Positions 41,801 to 53,689 of a DNA stretch of 64,000 nt are shown one piece after another (position 1 is the first letter of the stretch; each line of letters starts with the position of its first letter). The notes under the pieces were generated by a model. That model made no database searches and was not told the DNA's origin. It saw only the letters and a list, made by a program, of their open reading frames with translations. This stretch comes from Eledone cirrhosa (taxonomy: Eukaryota), in contig OZ024761.1 of NCBI GenBank assembly GCA_964016885.1, positions 6,634,001 to 6,698,000 of the forward strand, written 5' to 3'. A program made the position numbers and the translations under genes.

Positions 41801-44800
41801 TTGATATCTGCCAGGACTAAAACACATTTTCAAAGGAATAATAAAGAGAAATACCCACATCTCTAGTGGAAATATTTCTGAGATTCGAAACCCTATCGAT
41901 GTATGTATTTTGTAACTGAAAAATTATCAAAAAATAATGTACGTTTTTCACGCAAGTGAAATTAAAATGAATCTATATATAGGGTTTTTGATACCTGCCA
42001 GAGCTAATGAAATAGTAAAATTTTTTGTTTTCAATTACGTCAAGCATCGTATGTTCTTGTTTATTAAAGAACTGCTAAAATAGATTTAGTAAGTATTATG
42101 CCAAAATTTGTTTCTTAAGCGGTAATGATAGACTCCGTCTGTGCTAGAGTATGTTTACACACACTACATACATGCATATACATGAATTAATGGTTCATTA
42201 GCTTTATTTATCTATTTACACTTCTCGTAATAATTCGAGCGTTATTTTCTTCAGGAGAGACGTAGATAGAAAACGTTTGTGGCTTTAGTATTGCTTATTT
42301 TTATGTTTTGTTTAATTGCCAATAAATGTGAAATCTATTTGTTAGGTTACTTAGATCTACAAACCTTTCTTATGACACTTACTAATAATTCGAGCATGTC
42401 TTTCTTCGGGTGACAGGTAGATAGAAAAACGTTTGTTCAAAATTAACGTTTATAGACAAGAAAAGTATCTTTCTTTCTCTCTGGAAAAATAAATCGGCTG
42501 TTTTTAGACCAGGAGGAGACGAGGATTGACTCAGTCAGGTTTAAATGCATGCCCACATGGCGGTAATTATGGCAGCCCTACAACAATAGTTAAGTGTCTA
42601 TAACAACCACGAATTCATGAGACTGAAATCCTTACTAATGTATTTTTACTTTGGTACTTGAAAAGAAAATTTTAAAAATAATTACATCCTTTTCACCTAA
42701 GTCAAATACTATGTACTTAAATGAATCTACAGATGAAGATGCAATATCTACTAGGACCTTGGAAATAGTGAAATATATATTTAAAAAAATTAAAACTACT
42801 TTTCAAATAAATAATAAAGATACACAAACACATCTCTCGTGGTGATATTTCTGAGATTGGAAACCTTATCAATGTATGTATTTTGTCACTGAAAAGTTAT
42901 AAAGAAAATAATTAATATTATATATGTGTTTTTAGCATAAGTGAAATTAAAATGAGGTTTTCGATACCTGCCAGAGCTTAGGAAATAATAAAGTAATTTT
43001 TTTTTTCAATTATGTCAAACATCGTAGGTGGTTCTTTATTAAAGAAATGCTAAAATAGATTTAAATATATCAAATTTGCACAGTAGAATTACGGCCGCTT
43101 GGTGGGCGTGTGGTAAAGTGGTGGTATCGTAGGTAGTGTAGTTAGGTAGTGAAGGTTCGAGCGTCGGGGGGAACTAAAAAGGTGGCTTCGAGATGAAGGT
43201 GGCCCCGGTAGCCCAGAAGGTAGAGACCGTTCTTTTAATTAAAAAAATAAAAATACTTTAAATTTTAGATAAAGAAGATTGAAAGCCTACCTCCAATCTA
43301 TACATATATAAAGCATGCATAGATACAGCACTATAACCCACACGGCCACCTACAGACCAACAAATAAGTAGTGAAAATTAACACATTTAAAGTTATTTTA
43401 TTGTTAGACTGAAAATAAGTTTATATAGATATATATTTAACAAAAAGTAATCGAAGGCTTTATAGTCTAGTGGTAAGACATAGAACTAGGGAATGCAGTG
43501 GTTGGCTTTCGAATCAGATTATAATAACAATAATTTTTTTTTTTTTTTATCCTCATACTATAAGGAACTTACCTGATTTGAACACGTAGTCATACCATTT
43601 AAAGCTTTATTTGTCTCTCCCTCATGGTAAGACAATCAGCATATAAATAAACATGCTTCAATTCAACACGTTTTCATACCATTTAAAACTTTCTTTAGAG
43701 ATAAGGCAGACACACACAAATGAACTAGGTAGTAAACTATGAAGACTAAGTATGTCTATTAATATCAAAGCGCCGTTAAATGTAGTGGTCATTTTATTGT
43801 TTAATGTACATAAACCCCTTAATATAATTGTTTTTTACTTTTGACACAAGACCAGCAATTCTCCCAGTGCATTACTGATACTTCATTTTATCGATCCTGC
43901 AAGGTTAAACATATAATACCATGTAAAAGATTTAAATGTCAGAAGGAATAATTTTTATTTTCTTGTTCCGCCAAACCTTGCGTTTATTCGGCACACACAC
44001 ACTTGTGGTTGAAACACTTGCTTGAGGTGGGTTTTTTTTAATATAGCAAAAAACCTAAACTAAGTTCAATGTACTTAAACTATTGCAAACATTGTTTTTT
44101 ACAGAAAGAAGTAAACAGGGAGTTCCATGGAGCCGACATTCTCGACAAGAAGGGTTAGACATGAGAAACTTTCGCTTTGTGGAGATTGACACAACATTGG
44201 GTGATGATACGAGGAGAGGAAAGGTTGTGGAGAGTGTCTTAGTGGAAGAGATGAAATGTGAGCAGTAACCTCCGAAGAGTTGAAATTATTAATTGAGATG
44301 AAATCATCGCTATGTTGACAATATATATTACAAACATATAGTATAAATTTAACAAATTAAACTAGTGTTATCCTGTAACACAGAAGACAAATAAAACATT
44401 ACCTCTTTCATGCACCTCGTACCGGTGTAAACTAAATATGCCACCGGTGTAGCGTTTTTATAGTCTCTCTGCTTCATTATATCATCGAGTAACTTGAAAC
44501 CGAGTTCAAATCACCGGGATGTAGAAATATGTCGCTTTAAAATGAAGAGACAAGGGCCAGCTTGCATATTGATTTCATATGAAAAATAAAAGATACACAC
44601 ACACTATCTATCTATTTATGATTATACCCCAAGATATCGATATTGAAACAATTCTAATATGACAATAAATTTAATATGTATGTTGTAACAGTCTTTTCGG
44701 TCTTACTTTTATTCACAATGTACAGTTGCTTTAATTCTGGAATAAAACCTAACTGAAACCGCCTTGTCACAGTATCAAGGGCTTGGAGGTGGGGCGAATC

Positions 44801-45210
44801 GCCTGTAACTCTAGTTACACAAAGATACAAATAAATATATATATACACATATATTTAATTTTGTATAATGGATGTGTATGTAAAATAATATATTTGTGCC
44901 ACAAACGGCGTGTTTACATTAAATTCAATGCATGTCTAACTACTCATACAATAAGCTTTTTCGTAAAAAAAAAACGTTACCATCATATTATAGAGAAAAC
45001 TATTAATTTATAGATGTGTTGTGAGTATATATATTCTAAAAGAGACGGGGTCTAAATAAAACCATTACCTCTTATGAATAAATGTCAAACTGTTTAGGAA
45101 TACGTGTATGTATACATACTCTATTTAAGACGACATAACAAACTACCTTTCGTTAAGGAATGCCAAAAAGATTATGCTTGAACAATAGCGGTCTAAAAAC
45201 AACCAAAATA

Positions 45211-47074
45211 AAAATACATTAGTAAGTATTTCTGTCATACAAATGCGTTGGTTTCATAGACACTTAACTATTGTTGTAGGGATGCCGTAATTAGTGTCGT
45301 GTGGGCATTTATACCTGGCTGAGACAATCCCAGCCTCCTAGTTTACAAATAGCCGATTCATTTTGCCAGAGAGAAAGAGAGATACTTTCTTTATGTCTTT
45401 AAACGTTACTTTTGCTATTGAACTTTTCCTTTTTCCTCCCTTTAGACTGAATAAACCTCAACATTTTACTGCTTCAATTCTATTCAACATTACGATAGCT
45501 GCTTCAAGCTGTTATTGGTGTGGTGGAGGAGTACAACAGAAAATAAAATGTCCAGTTAATTATTCACTCCGTAGAAAGTGTCAAACGTTGGCACACTGAT
45601 ATAAAGTTTTATCGGCAGCTAAACAAAACTTTGAAATAAGCAATAATTGTTTCCACTTTTGGCACAAGGCCATCAATTACTGGTACTTTTATTTTATCGA
45701 CCCCGTAAGGATGAAAGGCAAAGTTAACCTCGGCGGAATTTGAACTCAGACCGTAAAGGAACGTAACTATGCTGGAAAGCATGAATGAAGACAATTCTGA
45801 CCAAGATTAGACAAATCTTACTTCTATATTAGCCTTTCAATTCAGTAGACGCCTTAAAAACTTTATTAATAATCACAAAACAAGGCCACTTACTGACACG
45901 AGTCCAGACAAAACATTCATTTAACAAGAATTACTACAACGATGGTGCGAGGAGATCAGGGTTTCTAAATCAGAGAACGTTTCTCTAACAAATACAAGCG
46001 TATTAAAAGTAGAAGCGATATTCATAATGCATAGAAGATATACTAAAGTCACAAACGTTTATATATATATATTTATCTCACTTAAATTAAAGAAGGTAAA
46101 AATTATTACAAGGAGTGTAAATATGAATTAAAGCTAATAAATGTACCACCAAGGCTACCTCAAGAAGAAATACCACTTATGCGTAGAGATGTCATTCACT
46201 GAACATGAAGAATCTACTAGAGACGGAAGACCACAAAAACGACCATCCTACCTGAAATATTATATATTATGATATTAAATATATTTCTTACAATGTCAGG
46301 TTTTTTCTTTAAAAGGTCTGAATCTCAATAAAGTGGAGGAAACTATTATATACTTTTGTTATATCCTTATACTTGACTTATTATTTCTAACTCTTACTAG
46401 AAAGATTACAAACTTAATAAAATCCTATATCTGTATAAATATGAGTTGTAAAAACCAAGGAAGTCAATCTACAGTTCTACACTAACTCAGACGGACGAAA
46501 AGAAATAGAAATGTTACCTCTAAAAAACGAATGCCAAAGTAATTATGTTTCGGAAATACCGATGTAACACTAAATATATTACCGGTGCAACTATGTCAAT
46601 TTACCCTTTTATAAATTCACTCCAGTCATTTCAAATCGTGTTCAGAGTACCGGGAATAAGAAAAATAAACCGTTTGCCGAAGTTTCTAAATCTGTGTCCA
46701 GTGTATAATAAACCGTGACATTCACTGAACATGACGAATCTACTACAGATAGAAGACATCAGAAACGACCATCCTACCTGAAATATTATATGTTATGATA
46801 TTAAATAAATTTCTTTTACTGTCATGTTTCTTATAAAACGCTTGGGTTTGAATAAAGTATAGAAAACTACAATTTAACTGTTGTTATATCATTATATTTT
46901 AGATTTAACTTAATAATAAAATCCTATATGTGTATAGATATAATGTGTGTGAAAGTATAATAATAAGCTACAGTTATACACTAACTCAGACGACATAAGA
47001 AATGTTACCTCTAAGCCAAACAGATTATGGCTCGGATATACCGGTGTAATACTAAAAATGTCACCGGTGCAACA
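45211..47074 (-). repeat. Inverted, diverged paralog of unit positions ~5405-6864 + 1-420 + ~1270-1380
   Basis: Reverse-complement matches include tagacacttaactattgttgtagg (45257; unit ~1306-1329), ccagacaaaacattcatttaacaagaa (45904; unit ~6778-6804), tccagtcatttcaaatcgtgttcagagtacc (46621) and accggtgtaatactaaaaatgtcaccggtgcaaca (47040). It carries two cassettes with 52-nt exons at 46777-46726 and 46251-46200. Confidence 0.93.
45644..45782 (-). mobile_element. tRNA-derived SINE, 5'-truncated, inserted in the inverted paralog
   Basis: tggcacaaggcc..ttactggtacttttattttatcgaccccgtaaggatgaaaggcaaagttaacctcggcggaatttgaactcag. It interrupts sequence that is contiguous at unit position ~55-60. Confidence 0.9.
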
Positions 47075-47088
47075 AGTAAATAGTTTAA

Positions 47089-47225
47089 GGGAAGAAACTC
47101 TTTCAAAATACTTTAGAGTTAGCTTTCTTGAACATAAAGTTTAATAATACTTTAATAACACTTTAAAAATGTATATAAAAAGTGTTATTTCAAGATTGAA
47201 GAACGTGTGTTAGAGTTATCTTCCC
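47089..47225. mobile_element. 137-bp palindromic MITE with TTAA target duplication (Kolobok-like GG...CC ends)
   Basis: TTAA|GGGAAGAAACTCT ... AGAGTTATCTTCCC|TTAA, with an internal inverted repeat aataacacttt/aaagtgttatt. Confidence 0.65.
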
Positions 47226-48081
47226 TTAAAGATTCCTTTTTTTTTTTTTTTTTTTAAATTCATTTAAAGAGAAAGTTTGACTAAATATGGAGAAAGTTTG
47301 TGTGGTTAATGATTTCACCTGCGGTTGTCCATCGAATGTCAATGATACATTGTTCTTCACCTACTGATAGTTTTGTGATTGTACAAGCCGGACATGACAC
47401 TGACCATGGTTTAGCTGGCCATAGAAGATCCTATAAGAGTTATAAGACTTTAAACTGCTTCTTTCGCCCTCTAACCTGGCATTGACCTTAAAAGATTCGT
47501 TATAAACTTTTCTTTGACCATCTGACCAGCCATTCAACAAAGTTTAGTTGACCATTCCAATACACTGGGGCAAGGGTGTAATGACATAGGAGGAGGGTGG
47601 TGTGATCAGATAGTTGTGGTGTTAGGGTGAGAGAGGATAGTGGTTAAGTGATACATACTAGATGTATGCTGCAGTCTGAGTGCAAAGGAATGTGTATCTT
47701 CTGTATTACTGCATAACACCAAACAGCTCCAGCACCAGATTTTCTGTCTGAAAAATTTACTATAAGTGTAGTTCGCACGGGAGAAATTTCATGCACTTTT
47801 TGGAAAGGACAAATTTTCCTTCAAACCATATCGAAATACTGTATATATACGTACACACACAATTGTTTTAAGCCGATCAGCTTATCAAGGGAGATCACTC
47901 ATAGCAATCATTTTCGTTGCTATTTCTTTTTTTTTTTTCTTTTTAGTGAAAATACCTTTTACTTTCATGGAATTTCAGATAGATGCTTTTACAATTTATA
48001 CTTTTAAAAGTCCTTGTTTACAAACATGCCATCCTTCATTCTTTTTTTCCTTTGTTTTTCACTTGAAATACATTAAATAAT

Positions 48082-48268
48082 TATTTCTACTTTTGGCACA
48101 AGGCCAGCAATTACTCCAGTGCATTACTGGTACTTTATTTAATCAACCCTGTAAGGATGAAAGGCAAAGTTAACCTCGGCGGGATTTGAACTCAGAATGG
48201 AAAGGGCCGTAACTCTATGCGTCAAAGCATGGCGTCCGACCCTCTACTGATACTGCTAATCCACCGCC
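48082..48268 (-). mobile_element. Full-length tRNA-derived SINE with 14-bp TSD
   Basis: Minus-strand head ggcggtggattagcagtatc (A box) and gagttcaaatccc (B box); central gcctttcatcc...gataaaataaagtaccag-type core (Meta-domain-like). TSD atacattaaataat at 48068-48081 and 48272-48285. Confidence 0.92.
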
Positions 48269-48317
48269 TATATACATTAAATAATGTCACTATTTTCCGT
48301 CCGTTTTTCTATACAAT

Positions 48318-48530
48318 GAAGACTTGTCTTCATTGGAGCAAATTTATTTCGCACCGGTCGCCGTCGAGAACTCAGGCGTACTTGGACCCCGTACAGCCGA
48401 GCTCCTCATCAAGATCAAAACGTCGGCAGCCCCGTCCGATGAAGGAGTCCCGCGAGGTGCGGTGGCTGTTACAGCGGGTGTCGCTGGCCATTGTCCGCAG
48501 GAATGCTTTTGCGGTCTTGTCCACGGGACA
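48318..48530 (+). mobile_element. 3' fragment of an RLE-type non-LTR retrotransposon (CRE-like), frameshifted
   Basis: GC-rich island translating to FAPVAVENSGVLGPRTAELL and, in another frame, REVRWLLQRVSLAIVRRNAFAVL. This matches the F-x-P-x-A-V-E-T-x-G...Q-R-x-S-x-A-x-Q-R-G-N-A C-terminus of CRE-clade elements. Confidence 0.75.
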
Positions 48531-49264
48531 CAGCCCTTCTGCCCCAGGCCCATATAGTTGTAGACATAGTTGTGTAGTTCCACATGTGTGACTCTAGTTG
48601 TAGCATGTGTGGTTCCAGATTCAGGTCACGAACATGTGTCTTGAACATGGCTCCATGGACAGGTGTCTTTTGTTATAGGAATTACAAAGACAAAGACTGA
48701 TGCAGAGTATGATGATGATGATGATGATTGTGAGAAGATTTAAATATATAAACAAAAACACAAGCAAAGTCTGTACAAAATGGCGTTTATTTTCATTTAA
48801 ATTGTTTGTGGGTTTTTTCTTGTTTTTATCTGAAATTCTACGAAAACTGTACAGTGTATGGTTAAGATAGATATTAGTCGCACAGGTATCGTATTAACGA
48901 CGGTATTTCCAACACCAAGGTGGTAGAGAGGAGGAGAGAGTCAAAAGAGAGAGATGGGAGAAGAAGACACAGGGAGGGGGTAGAAGACACGGGGGGGGGG
49001 AGAAAGAAATATGTTTATATATAACACATATTTAGATCAAAACAAACAGGACGAAGAATCACATTTTCTTATCACTACTGGAGGAAATGGTACTGTTGGA
49101 AAGTAGCAAGTTGTCATCTCCCGTCAACAGCCAACGATGAGGATGTTCTACAGTGCAGTGTATGAATAGAAATGGAAATATGACAAGATATACCAGTGAA
49201 TACCCTACAATGAAACTTACTGTCTTATTTCAAATTCCTAAATAAATATTCTGTCTTCTATTAT

Positions 49265-49651
49265 CAGGTCGGGCTTCTCTCTGCTGCTGGCACTATGTAA
49301 CCCAGTAGAACCTACTTCATGGTCAAGTGGTCAGTGACTAAACCAGCCCCCCCCCCCCTCCCCCAGGTCAGGTTGGGCTTCTCTCTGCTACTGGCACCAT
49401 GTAACCCAGTAGAACCTACTTCATGGTCAAGTGGTCAGTGACTAAACCAGACGCAGGTCGGGCTTCTCTCTGCCACTGGCACCATGTAACCCAGTAGAAC
49501 CTACTTCATTGTCAAGTGGTCAGTGACTAAACCAGCCCCCCCCTCCTCCCCACCAGAACCCAGGTCAGGCTGGGCTTCTCTCTGCCACTGGCACCATGTA
49601 ACCCAGTAGAACCTACTTCATGGTCAAGTGGTCAGTTCATGGTCAAGTGGT
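49265..49651 (+). repeat. Four copies of an ~81-bp unit separated by C-rich linkers
   Basis: gggcttctctctgc..ctggcaccatgtaacccagtagaacctacttcatggtcaagtggtcagtgactaaaccag at ~49265, 49370, 49455 and 49566. Confidence 0.92.
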
Positions 49652-50462
49652 CTGGCGACGAAGGTAATTGGAACCCCAGTAGCACAAAAAACAGAAGCTA
49701 TTAAAGGACAGATGAACTCCTCAGAGTCAACGGCCATCCACCCCGACTGTAGGTTAAATAGCCTTACCGTCCCACAATTGGTCAAGCGTGGTGAGTACGG
49801 CTTCACCCCTGAAGACATGACCAACACAAAAAGCAGTGGAAGTGAACCAGAGGAGGGGTTCTTCAAACATGAATGAGAAAGCCATGGATTCGATTGACCT
49901 TTAAGATTTAGATATTGACATTAAGGAGGATTGCTATGCTTCTAACAACTGCTGCCAAAACATGACACAATGTCGGGGTCTCTTACAGACAATGTAATAT
50001 AAAAAATGGGCTTAGGTTGGAATATTAAAAAAAGGGGTCAATCATCAGGTGAGACCACGGAAAATATATTTCCATCGCTGATACTTACTGTCAGTATACT
50101 TGAATAAAAGGGATCACAGATAGGCTGGTTATCAAAAGGATAGGGTTACTCTTAGAATTAGGGGTCAGGACGGGATCCTTGGGTGGAAATATGTCAGTGA
50201 CAAAAACACAAGTCGATATATAAAGTGGAAAAAATATTATATTAGAGTTTAGATTAATAAAACAACAACATAACAAAAATAAACCAACAATAGAATATAT
50301 AACTGACCATCCCTCCCGAAAGGATTGTCACTCACAGATCGCTTTAGTTGTTCATTTTAAACCCTAGTAAAATAACCTGATTTTTATTTTTTTTTTATCT
50401 CCTCCATTTTGTGAAATCTATAACAATTAATTATAATAATATTAAGGTTTTAATTATTTGGT

Positions 50463-50524
50463 CATATATATATATGTGTGTGTGCGTGTATGTATATATA
50501 TATATATGTGTGTGTGCGTGTATG

Positions 50525-50560
<36 letters not shown>

Positions 50561-50600
50561 CGTGTATATATATATATATATGTGTGTGTGTGCGTGTATA

Positions 50601-50696
<96 letters not shown>

Positions 50697-50890
50697 TAAT
50701 ATATCTGATAGTTATAAACAACCATAAAATGTGAGCGTTTTTTTCGTTAGGTTACCTCCCTTCCCCACACGTTGTACACAACTGAAATATTGACAAAAAC
50801 ACACACATATATATATATATACATACATATATATATATATATATATCCACACACACACACACACACACATATATACACACACACACACAC

Positions 50891-50921
<31 letters not shown>

Positions 50922-50976
50922 TATATACACACACACACACACACATATATATACACACACACACACACATATATAT

Positions 50977-51013
<37 letters not shown>

Positions 51014-51020
51014 TATATAT

Positions 51021-51059
<39 letters not shown>

Positions 51060-51172
51060 CATATATACACACACACACACACATACATACACACACACAC
51101 ACACATACATACACACACACAGACACACACACACACACACATATATACACACACACACACACACACATATAT

Positions 51173-51235
<63 letters not shown>

Positions 51236-51256
51236 TACACACACACACACATATAT

Positions 51257-51306
<50 letters not shown>

Positions 51307-51327
51307 GTATATATACATATATACACA
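50463..51327. repeat. Compound (TA)n/(TG)n and (CA)n/(TA)n microsatellite blocks
   Basis: Read directly: TG/TA block 50463-50696 and CA/TA block 50799-51327. Confidence 0.97.
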
Positions 51328-51328
51328 T

Positions 51329-51489
51329 GAAATTGTTATAACGAAATTTATTGGGTATAAAAAAAAAAAACTCGTAATGAAAACTTCTTTATAACGAGAT
51401 CGACCTAACATTGAGTGTGTGGCCGAGGATTGTTCGTTATACTGAAAAATTTGTTATAATGATATTCATTATAATGGAATTTTACTTGT
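51329..51489. mobile_element. Decayed TcMar-Tigger-like MITE (right part)
   Basis: Repeated gttataacga-type subterminal motifs and a right end ttcattataatggaattttacttg|TA resembling Tigger-type TIRs. Confidence 0.5.
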
Positions 51490-51696
51490 ATAAATTATCC
51501 GTTTTATTATATATATATATATATATATATGTGTATCTATATATATATATATGCATGTGCTTATTTGGGTATATATCTATATCCATTCAATTTTGTTTAT
51601 ATATTTGAAAAATATAAGAAAACATCAACTGTGATGTGTTTCTTACTTCAGCCCCTGTTTTATATTTCTTTATCTACACCAACATGTTCTAAACTG

Positions 51697-53414
51697 TAAC
51701 AGTAATGTCCCCACTAATTACAACAACAACAGTAATGTCCCCACTAATTACAACAACAACAGTAATGTCCCCACTAATTACAACAGTAATGTCCCCACTA
51801 ATTACAACAACAGTAATGTCCTCACTAATTACAACAACAGTAATGTCCCCACTAATTACAACAACAACAGTAATGTCCCCACTAATTACAACAACAGTAA
51901 TGTCCCCACTAATTACAACAACAACAGTAATGTCCCCACTAATTACAACAACAACAGTAATGTCCCCACTAATTACAACAACAGTAATGTCCCCACTAAT
52001 TACAACAGTAATGTCCCCACTAATTACAACAGTAATGTCTCCACTAATTACAACAGTAATGTCCCCACTAATTACAACAGTAATGTCCCCACTAATTACA
52101 ACAGTAATGTCCCCACTAATTACAACAGTAATGTCTCCACTAATTACAACAGTAATGTCTCCACTAATTACAACAGTAATGTCCCCACTAATTACAACAG
52201 TAATGTCTCCACTAATTACAACAGTAATGTCCCCACTAATTACAACAGTAATGTCCCCACTAATTACAACAGTAATGTCTCCACTAATTACAACAGTAAT
52301 GTCCCCACTAATTACAACAGTAATGTCTCCACTAATTACAACAGTAATGTCTCCACTAATTACAACAGTAATGTCCCCACTAATTACAACAGTAATGTCC
52401 CCACTAATTACAACAGTAATGTCCCCACTAATTACAACAGTAATGTCCCCACTAATTACAACAGTAATGTCTCCACTAATTACAACAGTAATGTCCCCAC
52501 TAATTACAACAGTAATGTCCCCACTAATTACAACAGTAATGTCCCCACTAATTACAACAGTAATGTCTCCACTAATTACAACAGTAATGTCCCCACTAAT
52601 TACAACAGTAATGTCCCCACTAATTACAACAGTAATGTCTCCACTAATTACAACAGTAATGTCCCCACTAATTACAACAGTAATGTCCCCACTAATTACA
52701 ACAGTAATGTCCCCACTAATTACAACAGTAATGTCCCCACTAATTACAACAGTAATGTCTCCACTAATTACAACAGTAATGTCTCCACTAATTACAACAG
52801 TAATGTCTCCACTAATTACAACAGTAATGTCCCCACTAATTACAACAGTAATGTCCCCACTAATTACAACAGTAATGTCCCCACTAATTACAACAGTAAT
52901 GTCTCCACTAATTACAACAGTAATGTCTCCACTAATTACAACAGTAATGTCCCCACTAATTACAACAGTAATGTCTCCACTAATTACAACAGTAATGTCC
53001 CCACTAATTACAACAGTAATGTCCCCACTAATTACAACAGTAATGTCCCCACTAATTACAACAGTAATGTCCCCACTAATTACAACAACAGTAATGTCTC
53101 CACTAATTACAACAGTAATGTCCCCACTAATTATAACAACAACAGTAATGTCCCCACTAATTACAACAACACTAATGTCCCCACTAATTGCAACAGTAAT
53201 GTCCCCACTAATTACAACAACAACAGTAATGTCCCCACTAATTACAACAACACTAATGTCCCCACTAATTACAACAACAACAGTAATGTCCCCACTAATT
53301 ACAGCAACAGTAATGTTCCCACTAATTACAACAACACTAATGTCCCCACTAATTACAACAACAACAGTAATGTCCCCACTAATTACAACAGAAGTAATGT
53401 CCCACTAATTACAA
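51697..53414 (+). repeat. 24-bp minisatellite (acagtaatgtccccactaattaca)n with extra-ACA variants at the edges; yields the 567-aa (MSPLITTV)n ORF
   Basis: Read directly; about 70 units. An in-frame TAA lies at 51690-51692 just upstream, and there is no signal peptide. Confidence 0.97.
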
Positions 53415-53689
53415 GGATAAGTGATATTAGGTATTTCAATTTAATTTAATCTTTTATACATAACATTTTTTCAGCAATATTAACATTTTTCTTTCATATT
53501 TATTTGAAAAATATAATTAAATAAAGCAACGAGAAAACTGGAGTTTTTCTTTGTTACCCTCCACCCCTGAATATCTCAACCTCCAGTAACAACAACAACA
53601 TTTGCACAGCTGCAACATAACAACAACAACAACAAACAATTCATCCTTCCCTCCCCCTTAATTACAAACACATAAAATAGTTAATTAAC

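Larger units (their letters stand above)
1..45192 (+). repeat. Head-to-tail tandem array (macrosatellite/segmental amplification) of a ~6.9-kb unit; continues left of the window
   Basis: The anchor ttgacaaaagctaatatgga recurs at 1, 6865, 13731, 20577, 27478, 34350 and 41271 (periods 6864, 6866, 6846, 6901, 6872, 6921). The ORF track repeats identical peptides at the same period. Copies differ only by scattered SNPs, microsatellite lengths and small indels. The 7th copy stops after caatagcggt at 45192. Confidence 0.98.

Noticed and set aside
1381-45013. Recurrent short ORFs (60-111 aa) in every unit
   Set aside because: They recur only because the DNA is duplicated. They are AT-rich, show no domain, several start at non-ATG codons, and some frameshift with (TA)n length.
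49036-49107. HFLITTGGNGTVGK resembling a Rossmann or P-loop motif
   Set aside because: A ~23-codon stretch ending in a stop, with no supporting context.
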